A stretch of DNA of 62,864 nucleotides, the filler included, from Folioceros fuciformis (Eukaryota): NCBI GenBank assembly GCA_049999805.1. It is 16 parts of 16 records of this genome, joined end to end, with 100 filler letters (N's around TTAATTAATTAA, not from the genome) between each part and the next. Parts side by side here need not be neighbours in the genome. Positions count along the whole stretch, not along the records: positions 12,329 to 17,536 come from JBNGIO010003861.1; positions 17,637 to 25,713 come from JBNGIO010003862.1; 14 more parts are not named here. One strand, written 5' to 3'. The translations under genes and the position numbers were made by a program. A model generated the notes under the pieces. The model was not told the origin of the DNA. It saw only the letters and a program-made list of their open reading frames with translations, and searched no databases. Below are positions 12,329 through 25,017 of the stretch, one piece after another (position 1 is the first letter of the stretch; each line of letters opens with the position of its first letter).

Positions 12329-15300
12329 ACGTCCAGCATAGTAGATTGGGTAGTCCCTCCCCTTCTCATCCCACTGGCTAAGGACTGTCCCAATGGCAAA
12401 GGCTGAAACATCCACATACACATGGAATTTCTTGTCCCAATCAGGCCCCTCGAGTGTTGGTGCTGTCACAAGAGTGGTCCTCAAGTCCTGAAATGCAGCC
12501 TCCCTCGCCGCTGCCCACTCCCAAGATTGCTCCTTCCTCAATAGGCCCGTCAAAGGGGCAGCCCGTCTAGCAAAATTGGGCACAAACCGGCGGTAGTATC
12601 CGACCATTCCCAGGAATCCACGCAGCTCCTTGAGTGTGGTTGGGGCCCTCAAGGCAGCAATCACCTTCACCTTATCCGGGTCCAATTCAATGCCTCGTGC
12701 TGAAATTCTATGACCCAGCAAGATCCCTTCAGCCATACCAAAATAGCATTTCTCCAGGTGCAAACAAAGTTGCGTCTCCCGGCACCTAGCCAAGCATAGC
12801 CTTAGGTGCTCTAGATGTTGTTCCACCCTTCCAGACACACAAAAATCATCTATGAACACCTCCAAGAACTTGTGGAGGAAGTCCTTGAAGATCTTGTACA
12901 TGCTGCTCATGAAAGACCCTAGTGCTCCTATCAGCCCAAAGGCACTCCTCTTGTAGGCAAAAGTCCCCCAATCGGTTGTGAAGGCTGTCAATGGCCAATC
13001 ACTCTCCCTTAGGGACAGCTGATTGTAACCGGAGTAGCCATCCAAAAAGGAGTACATCATGCGGCCAACCACCAAATCCAGGATGTTGTCAATGAATGGT
13101 AAGGGAAAATGATCCTTCTTGGTGGCCTTGTTCAGCCTCCTCTAGTCCTGGCACACCCGAATCTTACCAGGCTGTTTCTTAGGCACCACCACGATTGGGG
13201 CCACCCACTCTGAATTCACAATGGGAAAAATCACATCTGCCTTCAAGTACTGCTCCAGCTGTTCCTTTACCTTCATGGAGTACTTTGGATTCAGCTTGTA
13301 TTGTGGAATTCGGACAGGGACAGCTCCTGGTTCCAAGTCAATCTTGTGCTCCCCCCATTCCTTGGGAATTCCCTTCATGTCCGTCACCTCAAAGGCAAAC
13401 ACATCGACGAACTCAGCCAAGAGTTGCTTCATCCCCTCCTCCAATGTGGCATCCAGCTGTTTTGCAAACTTCAGCGCCTTGCCCGGCAGTACCTCCACAT
13501 CCTTGATTTCATCAGCCTGCACCCATTCACGCTCCACCGGTGCTGAGCTGACTCCAAACCCCTCNNNNNNNNNNNNNNNNNNNNNNNNNNNNNNNNNNNN
13601 NNNNNNNNNNNNNNNNNNNNNNNNNNNNNNNNNNNNNNNNNNNNNNNNNNNNNNNNNNNNNNNNGGCAGTACCTCCACATCCTTGATTTCATCAGCCTGC
13701 ACCCATTCACGCTCCACCGGTGCTGAGTTGACTCCAAACCCCTCCTCCGGCTCCCGGGGATCTTCCTCCGTCATTCCCCATTCCCTGAATAGGTCTTCAA
13801 AGGTAATTCTAGTGACCTCCGACTCATCTCCAGCAAGCCCTTCAGCCCTTGGATCACAGCCCCCTTCTCTCATCTCACCTTCCTTCACACCTCCCTTGGC
13901 ATGGAGGATTTTCTTCTGGTTGGCAACTTCAGCAACTTCCCCTTTCACATTTAATTTTTTAGCCCCTGCCATGTTGCAATCCAGGGTGATCCCAAAACAC
14001 TCCACCCGGTTCAGGGTATAAGGAATATCCCTCCGGTAGTCCCCCTCTTCATCTATCCATGAGAGGTGAGAAAAGGGGAATTTATCCTCCCCCTCCTCCC
14101 CCTCCAAATCAGTTGTATCCCCCACGGACGTGTACCCTTCGGTGTCCGTTGGGGTCTCACCAAGGTAGACGTCCCGGCTCCAGGTCAAACAAATCCTACC
14201 CTCCTTGGTCTTGGGGTCGCATTCAGGTGGTTTGAAGGCCACTTCCTTCCTCCCCCATGACAGCCTGCACCTTGAGCCATACAACCAAGTCCTGCCCAGC
14301 AAGATGTCATAGCCCGGTGCCTTGTGCTGAATAACCACGAAATCGAGGAGGTAGGGGATGGTCTCTATGGTTGTAGTCACCCCCCTCAACTCCCCCACCG
14401 GCTGCATCCTGGACATATCAGCCAGCCTCAAGACCTTGGTTGTGGGCTCCACCTCCAACCCGAGCTTCTTGGCAGTGTCCTCCGTCATGATATTCACCCC
14501 TGAACCCGTGTCCAGCGGAACCCTCTTAATCACGCAGCCTGCAATCTCCACCTGCAACTCGGCCGGCCCTTGGTCCACCATGGACACCATGTTGACCATA
14601 GGGGCTGACACTCTTGGCCTTGATTTAGGCAGCCTTTGCTTCTTGGGTTGGGCTTCTTGCAAGGCCTTCCGGACTTGCTGCCGGTATTTGGGGTTGTCCT
14701 TCAAGAGCTGACCAAAAGTGACAACGAATTGCTGATCCATGATGGCCCCAGCCAAGTCGAATGGCTTTTGGATAGCCCCGGCTGTACCTTCAGTCACTGC
14801 TGCCACCTCCCTAGGCGGCTCACTTGCAGCCACAGGCCCTGCCACCTTTGCTGCCTTATCCAGCTCCTCTTGGATCATGTCCATGACCTCTCCCCGCACA
14901 TCTGGTGGGAATTCTAGGTTCCCCTCCTTTGCTGGAGCTACTTCCTTTCCAGCCCTTAATTTTTCCTTCTCGGAGCTTTGTCCCCCGGTCACGTGTGGAG
15001 TGCTCTTCCCTTCCTCCTTCGATCCGGTAGTGGATTCAACTTCCTTCCTTCTCTTCTTGGCACTCTGTTGCTTCCCTCTCTTCCTTCCACTATGGGTGCA
15101 TACTGCCATGGCTGCAGCCTCCCCATAGTAACCCCCCATCATGGTGTCCAGGCCTTCCAATCCCTGAAGCACCCTGGCCTCAGCCTCCTCCCAAACAGCC
15201 ATGAGGGCGTCCTCCACGTGCATGGCCGTTGCAGCCCCTTGAGGTGCTGCTTGCTGCACCCCTGTCACCACTAGCTGGGCGATCCTCACACTCTTTCTAG

Positions 15301-17088
15301 GGTTCTGGCAAAGCACGCTGCCCGCCACATGCCCTTGCTGTTTGCAGTCCTGGCACAACCTATCATAATCCCCATTGGCTTGCCTGGTTGCTGAGGGGCA
15401 ACTATTGGCATAATGTCCAAAGCCTCGGCAATTGTAGCATTGGACCACCCCCGCTGTTTGATTAGCAACCCTCCCCATTTGGTTGCTGCGACCACCCATG
15501 CTCATGGGATTTCGCAGAATGGAAGGGAGGGCCGTCTTGGGGTATTGCTGCCCTTGGGGAAACTCCTGAATTTGGTAGGAGTCCTCCACCTGGCACTCCT
15601 CTTCTCCCCCCTCATAGGTCAGCAAGTGCACCTTGGCCCCTTGACAGTGGGTCTTGGTGTGGCCTTGCTCACCACAAGTGGAGCAAAATAGGTTAGCCTT
15701 GCCACTAGTTGCAGCCCTTCTTCTCTCATGTTCCTTGACTGCATGGAGATGAAACTTCTCGAACTTGCTCATCATCTCCTCCATCTTGGACTCTTGCTGC
15801 TCTACCTTCTTGGCTGCAGCCTCAGCCTCTTTCTTGACCTGCTCCACCTCCCTCTTAGCATTAGCCACCTCTTGTTTGGCCTTAGCCAGATCTTTGGCCT
15901 TCTTTGCCTCCTTCTTCCTCCTAACCCCCGCTTGCTCCTTCTTCTTCCGTCTTCTCTTGGCCGCCTCATCCTCCGAGGACTCCTCCTCCCCGCTGTCTTC
16001 CGTTGAGGATGAAGAGGTCCCCGCTGATGATTCTTTTAAAAATCGCTCTCCTCGGAGGGATCTTCATCCGAGGAGGATGACTCCCTCTTCTTCTTCCCCT
16101 TCCTAGGCCTGTTCCTCTTCTTATCCTTCTCCCTCACTCTCTCCTTCTCCTTGGATTTCCCCTTGCCCCAAGGATGAGACTCCTTGTAGTAGAGGGCCGC
16201 CTTGATAGCCCTATCCACATCCTTCTCTGCAAACAATTTCACGTGGCCCCCCATCCTAGATCCTAGGCCTCCAGCAAACCACCGAATGGCCTGCAAGTCC
16301 AAATGAGGGCCACAGCAATCTCGCAGGCTGTGGAACCTCTCCACAGAGGCCTGTAAAGTCTCCCTCCTCCTCCTTCTCATGGCCTCCAACTTGGACAGCA
16401 CGTAGCCTTCTACGTCTATCCCCCTGAACCGCTCACAAAAGGCCCTCTTTAGCACATCAAAAGTTGCTGGAAATGTGCCGGCCTTGAGGTACTCCCTCCT
16501 ATACCACTTGGCAGGCCCTCCACTTAGTACACCATAGAACAATTGGACACGCTGTGCATCCATTGATTCCTGGTTAGCATGGGTCAGCTGTTCAAATCTC
16601 TCCACAAATTCATCCGGGTCCTCATACCCCTTCTTCTCCCCATACAAGGGGTACGGCTGCTTGGTGGACATTGCAACAGCTGGTGTCGCCATGGGGCTTG
16701 TCCTTCCCCCTGCAGTTGCAGTTTCAGCAACTCTAGCCCCTGGAATTTGGCTGATGTTGCTAAATCCTTCAGGTCCCACACTCCCAAGCACCTGCACAAA
16801 CCCAGGTTTAGTGTCAAAGGGCAGGCTCGGGTTAGGTTGGCTTGGCTTAGGCCCCTCCCCTGCTGCAGAAAGTTGGGGGTCTTGCCCCAACGTGGCTGAA
16901 TCCCCCAAGGCCTGCTGGTTGCTTGCCCCTCTCCTCCTCCAATCCGGTGTATGCCCAGGTCGTGTCCGCCTCAACCCCCTCTCCACTGCTCTTTGCTCAC
17001 GCTCCAATACTTGCTGCTGCCTCCTTGCTTGAGCTTGAGCTCCCCCTTCACATCTGGAGTTGAAATCTTCAGCACCTATGCGGGGCAT
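12329..17088 (-). mobile_element. Athila-type Ty3/gypsy gag-pol (capsid, zinc knuckles, protease, RT, RNase H start), inactivated
   Basis: Gag ORF 16036-17088; CCHC knuckles (CYNCRGFGHYANSC); protease LDTGSGVN; RT motifs KDHFPLPFID, LDGYSGYNQ, FIDDF; RNase H-region FHVYVDVSAFAIG. Frameshift at ~16036 and TAG replacing Tyr in CQD*R at 13142. Confidence 0.93.
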
Positions 17089-17162
17089 CCATCAGCCCTG
17101 CCACACTCCCTTTTCAGTCCCCTATCCAAGTCAGTCCTCCCCAACCTTGACAGCAATGTCAC

Positions 17163-17180
17163 TCCCCGGCAATGGCCCCA
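17163..17180 (-). promoter_or_regulatory. Primer-binding site complementary to the tRNA-Asp 3' end
   Basis: Minus strand reads TGGGGCCATTGCCGGGGA versus the canonical Athila PBS TGGCGCCGTTGCCGGGGA. It lies 3 nt after the LTR end ...CTCCACA (17184) and upstream of gag. Confidence 0.88.
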
Positions 17181-17183
17181 AAA

Positions 17184-17536
17184 TGTGGAGTGGAACTTGC
17201 ACCTAAGAACCACCACGGGCCACACCTCCCCCTGGTTATTGTCATAGTACTAGGGTTCGCTCCCAAGGGAGTGAACCAGTGTCAAGGTTTTCTACAACTT
17301 CCCCCACTCTGCCCTAATCTGATCCTAACTATCAACCGATCCCTAGACCTAACCGCACTACAGCAAAATGATCAGAACCTCGTCTCCAATACCAACTACC
17401 ACCTCAGCTGAACGAGGGCTCAACATCATCTTCAGCCCCCACTCCAGCACAACGGCTCTCTACTCCAGCACTCCAACACTTCAATCCTTCACCACCACGT
17501 CTCACTCCTGGATTTCAAACACAACAGCCCTTCACT
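17184..17536 (-). mobile_element. 5' LTR (U5 side, truncated by scaffold end) of the Athila-type element
   Basis: CA terminus next to the PBS; closely homologous to 37602-37900. Confidence 0.85.
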
Positions 17537-17636
17537 NNNNNNNNNNNNNNNNNNNNNNNNNNNNNNNNNNNNNNNNNNNNTTAATTAATTAANNNNNNNN
17601 NNNNNNNNNNNNNNNNNNNNNNNNNNNNNNNNNNNN

Positions 17637-17716
17637 TATGGTATGGTATGGTATGGTATGGTATGGTATGGTATGGTATGGTATGGTATGGTATGGTATG
17701 GTATGGTATGGTATGG
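17637..17716. repeat. (TATGG)16 microsatellite
   Basis: Perfect pentamer array at the scaffold edge. Confidence 0.98.
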
Positions 17717-18465
17717 ATGAGTGATCTTGAATAAGCAGATTTTATGGATCGTTTATTTATCATTAAAATAATACCGAGTGTAAATTCAAATGTCGAGATT
17801 AGGGCAAATTGAAAGGTAAGTAAGTAAGTAAGTGTACATTCCAATGAGCCCCGGTGAGGCTGAAGAAGCTGCAGTTCTAGAAAGGGGCGTTCGGGAGGAG
17901 CTGCGACGAACTTCACCTGAGGTAGGTGGAGGGATTGAATACCCAAAATCTCAACGAAATGGTTGATAAGGTGGGAGTGACGAAATGACGTCGTGTGGAT
18001 GTGCGACCGATTCCACGCGCGTTCACACCCGCTGGCAGCCACGAAGGAGAGGAGGACGGGTTCCAAGGTGTGGCCGCATCGTGCTGCTGAATCACAGCCG
18101 GTAGGTCGAGCTGGCCGCGATGACCACGCCCTGCCATGCCATTGGCGAGGCTTCGTCGCCGATTCCGTGCTGGCCGCTTGAGCCGATCTGAGATCGCTTG
18201 CTTGCATGTTGACAGTATAAGATCGGGGAGAGGCGAGCTCGTCTTTGTTGCATGCAGATCTGGTGTGAGGTGTGGGTGCGGCTGGGATCGGGGTTGAGAG
18301 TGGGATCTGTGTGGAATGAGGGTTGGCTGACATCGCGCTGTTGTTGCATGTCGGTGGAGCAGGGGNNNNNNNNNNNNNNNNNNNNNNNNNNNNNNNNNNN
18401 NNNNNNNNNNNNNNNNNNNNNNNNNNNNNNNNNNNNNNNNNNNNNNNNNNNNNNNNNNNNNNNNN

Positions 18466-19934
18466 AGGAGGACGGAGAGACGGACAAGCCGAGCTTCGTT
18501 CTGGAGCTGGATGCGTCTACTTTTGAGGATGCCGTGGCCAAGCATGACTTCATCGTGGTGGAGTTCTATGCGCCGTGGTGCGGCCATTGTAAGAATCTGG
18601 CCCCGGAGTACGAGAAGGCGGCTGAGATTTTGAAGGAGAATGATCCTCCCATCGTCCTGGCAAAGGTGAACGCCGACGAGAAGGAGAATAAGGCGCTGGC
18701 GGAGGAGCACGAAGTGCGGGGGTTTCCCACGCTCAAGATCTTCCGGGGCAAGAGTTTGGTCGGGGTAGAGTACAAGGGGCCGCGGGATGCGGACGGGATT
18801 GTGGAGTACTTGAAGAAGCAGGCGGGGCCGGTGTCGCAGGAGCTGACGTCGGCGGAGCAGGCTAAGGAGTTGGTGGCCAGCGCTCCTGTGGTGATTGTAG
18901 GTTTGTTTGAGGAGTTCGAGGGGGAGGACTACTCCAGGTTCATCATCGCGGCGGAGTCTGTGCGGTCGGATTTTGTTTTCGCGCACACCAAGGATCCCTC
19001 GCACTTGCGCGGAGATGTGAAGGCGCCGGCCGTGGGACTGTTCAAGGCCTTTGATGAGGGGTTTGCGAGCAGCAAGGACTTTAGCTTGCAGGCTCTGACG
19101 GCCTTCTTTGAGGAGGAGAGCTTGCCGTTGGTGACGGAGATGAACAAGGACCCGGCGTTGCATCCCTTCCTTCTCAGGTTCTTCAACCACCCGGACCCTA
19201 AGGTGTTCTTTTTGGTGGACTACTCGGCGAGCAACATCGATGAGCACAAGAAGGTGTATTCGGAACAGGCTAAGGTTGCCAAGGGGAAGGGTCTCAAGTT
19301 CTTGATCGCCAACTTGGAGGACGCTGAGAACGCCCTCAAGTTTTTCGGGCTTGAGCGGGAGACGGCCCCTGTCCTCATCATCCAGGATAACGAGGACCAC
19401 AAGTTCGTGAAGGAGAACGCGGACCCCTCGGAGGTGGCGTCCTGGCTTTCTGACTACTTCGAGGGCAAGTTGGTGCCGCGTGTTAAGTCCGAGCCCGTTC
19501 CCGAGACCAATGATGAGCCTGTGAAGGTTGTGGTGCAGAAGACGCTGAACAGCTTCCTGGTTTCTGGCAAGTTCGTCCTGTTGGAGTTTTACGCCCCGTG
19601 GTGTGGGCATTGCAAGAAGCTGGCTCCCACTCTGGATGAAGTGGCTGAGTACTTCCAGGACAAGCCTGATGTGGTGATTGCCAAGTTCGATGCCACGGCC
19701 AACGATGTTCCCAAGGACTTGTTCGATGTAGACGGCTTTCCGACCTTATATCTCCATACTCCCAAGGGTGAGGCCGTTCTGTACACCGGTGACCGGAGCA
19801 AGGAAGATCTCATAGAGTTCATTGAGAAACATAGGAACCCAGACTTTGTAAGTCATGTGGAATCAGCCACAGAGCCTGCCACAGCGGAGTCCAAGACAGG
19901 AGAGGCACACGCGGATGTCAAAGATGAGTTGTAA
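18466..19934 (+). CDS. PDIL1: ER protein disulfide isomerase, classical a-b-b'-a' type; start codon and signal peptide hidden in the gap 18366-18465
   Basis: Two EFYAPWCGHCK active sites, intervening b/b' domains, the KSEPVPETNDEPVKVVV linker and C-terminal KDEL-stop. The visible ORF is uninterrupted. Confidence 0.96.
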
Positions 19935-21879
19935 GATACTGAGCGGACTTTCTAGTTAGAGTTCTCCAGACTCTTGCTTGAACATTGCCTGGGTAATCAC
20001 AACCCTCCAGCTTTTGCTTCATCTTTGTATTTCATCAGAGCACACCACCGAACAGCAACAGCTCACCTTGCCTGGCTTCAACTTAATCCGCTGCACATCT
20101 GCGCGGGTGTGGGCCGCTGCCCTTCATATCTTGTGATTGTCACCTTCTTGGAACAACTCAACGGACATTGATCTCAAGTGGATAGACTCTCCTCTGAATC
20201 CGACATGCATATCATTCAAAAATCTCTTCGTCTCGCATCAATGTCCTGTACAGGTCAGGTCTCAGAACGTGGCGGCGATTAGCGTCAGAAAGTCGCGGCC
20301 AGTCAGGCTCAGAAAGCTGCTGCCAGCTACTGTACGAACCTACTGTCGGCCTTCTATGATTATGATACATTACTCGTCCAGCTTTACGCAGCGAGAGGGT
20401 AACAGATAACAGGACAGGCTAAACGGAACGGAATGCAAGTGTCGTCCAGTACTAGCACAACGTTATTATCCGCCAAACACATGCACACAGCACGTCTTCT
20501 CCTGAAACTCTTCTCGGAGCTGTGATTCTCATAGCTCGAAGCTTAGATTAATAGAGGAATATTAATTTCATATAAAACAGTTATATTATACTGAATTAGA
20601 TACATCAGACCTCACATCATAAAAGTCTACTGATGTCTCTTCTTTCATCGACAAGTCGTTATAATTTTGCTCATTTATCTTATTCAAGATACTTAAATGA
20701 TAGATATTAAAAAAATAAATTTATGTACTTATATAAAATAATTCATTCATCTAGAACCTTCCAAGTCGTTGTATCATGACATGTGGATATGTCCCATCTT
20801 CAGGCCCTCATTAATGCATGTATGAATTATTCCTTACATACTTTTTAAATTTCTGTGGGATAATAGTTATAAGAAAAAAAATATTTTCTTTCTCGAGATC
20901 TACACATAATCACACATTTTTCGTGTATTTAAATATTCGAAAACAAATTCACAAATTTTTATATGTTCTTGTGCCTACACATGTGAAAAGTGCATCTTCT
21001 AAAACATTAATTTGTTGTTTGCATTTCTAAGTGCTTCTTTGTTGTACTAAAATGTAGCTGGGTTGTGTTCACAACTAAGAATGTGAGCCTCTTGTAAGAG
21101 ATTATTTCAACCATGTATGTATGCATATAAGAATAGCATTGGATGTAGTTATCCATCACTAGTAGTAGAAAACTTGGCTTCTAATAACTCAACGAACTCA
21201 AGATGAATTCAGTTTGTTTTGTTATCAAAATTAAAGTACTATTATGCTTTTGTTGGCTCCTACTCTCATGCTCTTGTCCTAGCTTTGCAGTGAGACAAAT
21301 TCTTCAAAGATTAGACTTGCTAAGTTCAGAATCTATGTTATTGCCGTCCTTGAATTTACAAGAATCAGGGCAAGTTCTTGCACAAGAGATTCCACAATGT
21401 CCTTGCATTCAAGTTTCAGATCCTCGAAGCAAAACTTGTCCCCCTCAAAAAGTTTTTGTTTGCCTTTGTTATGTTACCATTGGATCTAGAGAACAATATG
21501 GCGTTTGCAGAAGAGATCTTGACATGATATACCCAAAATGCTTTCAGTCTTCATTTCCCTTATGGCCTGGTGCACCTTGGGCACAATGGAATACACTTTG
21601 TAGATGTCCTGTTCAATGTTTGATGTGTAAAGATGAACTCAGAAGTTGACATAGATTTTGGGCATGAGGTTCCCTTTCTCTTAATTCTGGAGATAGGTTC
21701 AATATATAACTTAGATGTGCTTCCATTGTGTGTCAATGAGAATTTGAATCATAGTTCAGATTGAAGAAGATGGATCTTGTGGATCTTGCTTCATTCTTCA
21801 TCTTGTGTTAGAAAGGAAGGATAATTTGATGAATCAAAGATAAAAAGCGTATTTCATGTTAGGTCCAGCTTGGGGCTTA

Positions 21880-21943
21880 GACATTTTTTGTAGGGTGAGC
21901 CAGGTGGAATGGACATTTTTTGTAGGGTGAGCCAGGTGGAATG
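21880..21943. repeat. Perfect 32-bp tandem duplication
   Basis: GACATTTTTTGTAGGGTGAGCCAGGTGGAATG twice. Confidence 0.95.
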
Positions 21944-22254
21944 GTTTGTGGAATGTGCGATTCTTCCATGTTGCGATGGGTGTGGTGAGGACAGTGATAG
22001 AGGAAAGTATAATATTGTATGAATATTTCGTTCGGATATTAGATTATTCCAGATTCTTGTTGGGTTGTTCTTCGGGGTTTGGAAGGGGGCTGTTCTTTGT
22101 GTCTGCCCGAACTGCCCTCCTCCGAAGCTTCTCTTACGTTTGGCAGGAATGCAGGGTCACATCGGCCAGGTCTTGAGGTGGGATATGGGCAAGAACGAAT
22201 TGGGTGTGCATTCCTTTAATGCCGACTGGCTAATCCATGGGCTGACAAAAACGC

Positions 22255-23113
22255 CTACTGGTCTGTTTTGGGCAACAGAGCATTGGCCAGCTCCACATAC
22301 TGCTTACAGGAGGGCCGAGAGCTTAGTTCCTTCCACCAAGCGTACACATGCTTCCGGCTCTTGTAGATGTCGACACCCTCAGGATATGTGCGGAGAAGCC
22401 AAAGAGTGGGCCCGAAGTGTGAGAGATCAGCGAGGGAGATGCCGTCACCAGCGAGGTAGTTGTGTTTGGACAGGTGAGCTTCGTAGATGTCCAACACTGC
22501 CTCCAGATTCTTGACGTTCTCTTGAACCTTAGTCTCGTCCCCTGGCCTGCCCAGGAGGCCTTGGGGGTAGAATTTCTCCGCCACAATGCCCCGGGTGATT
22601 GTGAAGTAGTTGTGATGCAGCACATCCAGCCACTGGTTCACGTGGCCTCGGACCTTCGGATCTTTAGGGTAGAGCTCAGTACCCTGTCCGGAAAACTTGT
22701 CCGCGATGTAGGACACGATGGCACGAGACTCTGCGAGAATCGACCACCAGAGCACGCTCAGAGGGTGAGACAATCAAACCATATGCAGCCTTGCAGTAGT
22801 GAAGAAGGAACGTGACGTTCACCGAAAAGACTGTAGTCTCCGTCTTTGATGTAGGGCATCTGGCCGAATGGCTGCAAGCCACAAAATTCAATCGTGAAGT
22901 GAGCACCTTTCGGTCGCACCCAGGTGCCTGGTCTGGTCATGTAAAACCGGAAATGCAAAGACTGGCCTGCATTTGAAGATGAGCTGGCTGCTTGTGGGCT
23001 CGAGAAGGAATGTCCACAATGACAAACTCGAAATCCGCTTCCTTCTCCCACAGGCTCATGAGAACAAGGCCCGTAAAGGGAGATGGGCCGAAGCCGAACA
23101 CCTCGATCGTCAT
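22255..23113 (-). CDS. GSTF: Phi-class glutathione S-transferase, 223 aa; exons 23113-22967, 22871-22823, 22730-22255
   Basis: Spliced protein MTIEVFGFGPSPFT...HKQPAHLQMQ/PFGQMPYIKDGDYSLF/ESRAI...YLAGDGISLADLSH. The 147/49/476-nt three-exon layout is typical of phi GSTs. Intron 1 has a GC donor. Confidence 0.93.
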
Positions 23114-23374
23114 TGCCCAGCAATTGTTGGCGCAAAACGCTGCAGCAGAGATAGCAGCGGCAGGACGTAGTAACAAAGAGGACTCTTATAAGCGGGCAGG
23201 ATCGAGCTGAGCTTGCACCGTTGGACAGACAGGGCAGGAAAGATCCAGGGAAAGCAGACCAGACGAAGGTCGCCTGGAAGCAGCTCAAGATTCAGGATTT
23301 AATTATCCTACAAGGCGAACAAATTTATGAGCTTTCATGTTTGGAGGCTGAGTTTGTTCAAAATCCAGCCATTT

Positions 23375-23421
23375 CCACGTCACAGATTACAGCAGTGCTG
23401 CAACAGAGGGCAATGACGTGG
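23375..23421. promoter_or_regulatory. Inverted pair of TGACGTGG (bZIP/TGA-type) motifs upstream of the first GST
   Basis: CCACGTCA at 23375-82 and TGACGTGG at 23414-21, 260-310 bp upstream of ATG 23113. TATAAG on the minus strand near 23190. Confidence 0.45.
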
Positions 23422-23429
23422 TCTCGACT

Positions 23430-24270
23430 CTAGTGCTTAATCTTAGGGTAGGCAGGTCCAGCTAGCTCCCAGTACTTCTGAGCGGAGCCACGACTGGTGA
23501 TGTCTTCCCACCATGCCTGCACATGCTGCCGGCTCCTGAAGCTCAGGGCCAGCTCAGGGGCAATATTTTTCAGCCAGAATGTGGGGGCGATGTGGGCGAT
23601 GTCTGCCAGGGAGAAAAAGTCACCGGCAAGGTACTTGTGCTTGGATAGCTGGGCTTCATAGATGTCCAGCACTTCCTCCAGCTTCTTGAGGTTCTCTTGG
23701 GCTTTGGCCTCGTCTCCTGGCCTGCCCCAGAACCTGGGAGCGTAGAACTTCTCCAATGCGATGTTGAACCCGAGCGTGCTGTAGCTCTGGGCTTCCACTT
23801 CCATCCACTGGTTCACAGCGCCCCTAGCCTTCGGGTCTTGGGGGTAAACGTCGGTTCCTTGCTCTGCAAACCTATCTGCAATGTGCCTGACAATGGCGCG
23901 GGATTCTGCCCAGGCATCACGCAAGAACCAAATCAGCTGACTTGTTGTGCTTGCAGTAAGGCTTTGCCCAAATGAATCACACTCACCGAACAGCTCCAAG
24001 TCTCCGTCTTCGATGTAGGGAACCTTCCCGAAGGGCTGGAAGGCAGATAAAGGAGTATACTAAGTCAGGAAACAGAAAGTGTGAAGCACAAGGACAGGGA
24101 AATGAGACAGAATTGCACGGCACCTGCTTGGCCAGATGAGGCAGCTGCTTGTGAGCCCCCGCGGCCATGTCTACGGTCACCAACTCGAAGTCAGTATCCT
24201 TCTCCCACAGAGTGATGAGGACGGTGCCGGTGAATGCGGAAACAGGGACACCGTGCACTTTGATTACCAT
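23430..24270 (-). CDS. GSTF: Phi-class glutathione S-transferase, tandem paralog, 223 aa; exons 24270-24124, 24035-23987, 23905-23430
   Basis: MVIKVHGVPVSAFT...HKQLPHLAKQ/PFGKVPYIEDGDLELF/ESRAI...YLAGDFFSLADIAH. GT-AG introns and the same exon sizes as its neighbour. Confidence 0.95.
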
Positions 24271-25017
24271 GGCGCCGCTGCACTGAAAAACTATCAGAGG
24301 AAACGAGAAGCAAGGCTTAACCAGTGTCCGACTCAATCGGCTGGAACTCCAAGTGAAATTGGAGTGCAGATCCCTTTGAAAGGGTGATGTTGCCTGGTTC
24401 TCCGCCGGAGACTGGACGTCAATTAATGCTAGGTGGGAAAGGATGGCGGCCATGGCCAATCACGTAATGGGGCCCTTACCAGCTGGAGTCCCATTGCGAG
24501 AAGAAGCCGTTACCTGCGGTTTTATTGAAGTTACTCCGGTCTATCCGGGATCCTCATCTTATGACACACGCAGCCGAGATTTCAAACAGTCCATGTGAGA
24601 CACGGGGTTTCACAGAGGGAGCACCTCGTGGGGCAGAATATGCTGAGAAGCTGGAGCCTGTGGCTCACAGTTGGCCAGCAAGTTTGGGAACTACGGATGC
24701 ATTGGAAGGAGAGAACACATCGGCCCCTCAGCGGGTTTGGCCCAACCGAGAGGGACGACGGCTCCTCCCATTCGGACGGGGGTAGGGACACACAAACTGC
24801 CAGCATCGATAGAAGTGTCATTGGAGCTGGGCAGCAATCTGCCCAAAGCTGCTCAAGTGGTCACACTGTCTAACGTGCCTACAAACTGGACAATCCTGCA
24901 CCAGCACCCCAAACAAGACAAAACGAAACAATCGGTTGCGTGAGGACGACCCAAGTTGAAGCTCTCCATCAGGCCAAGAAGAGGAAGAATACAAACCAGC
25001 TCATTGGCTGCTGCGCT

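Noticed and set aside
16030-16050. Programmed -1 frameshift at GAT TTT TAA in the gypsy gag
   Set aside because: It is not a canonical slippery heptamer, falls mid-Gag before the zinc knuckles, and the element also has an RT nonsense mutation. A simple indel is likelier.
17253-17280. GGTTCGCTCCCAAGGGAGTGAACCA as a tRNA gene end or the PBS
   Set aside because: No cloverleaf upstream. The true PBS is at 17163-17180 and this sequence lies inside U5.
17913-19610. 565-aa antisense ORF over PDI
   Set aside because: Shadow frame expected from the GC-rich codon usage of PDI; no recognisable motifs.
21203-21649. 148-aa Cys-rich ORF with a hydrophobic N-terminus (secreted peptide?)
   Set aside because: AT-rich, unlike the GC-rich genes nearby, with no known cysteine pattern. 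The region looks like decayed TE sequence.
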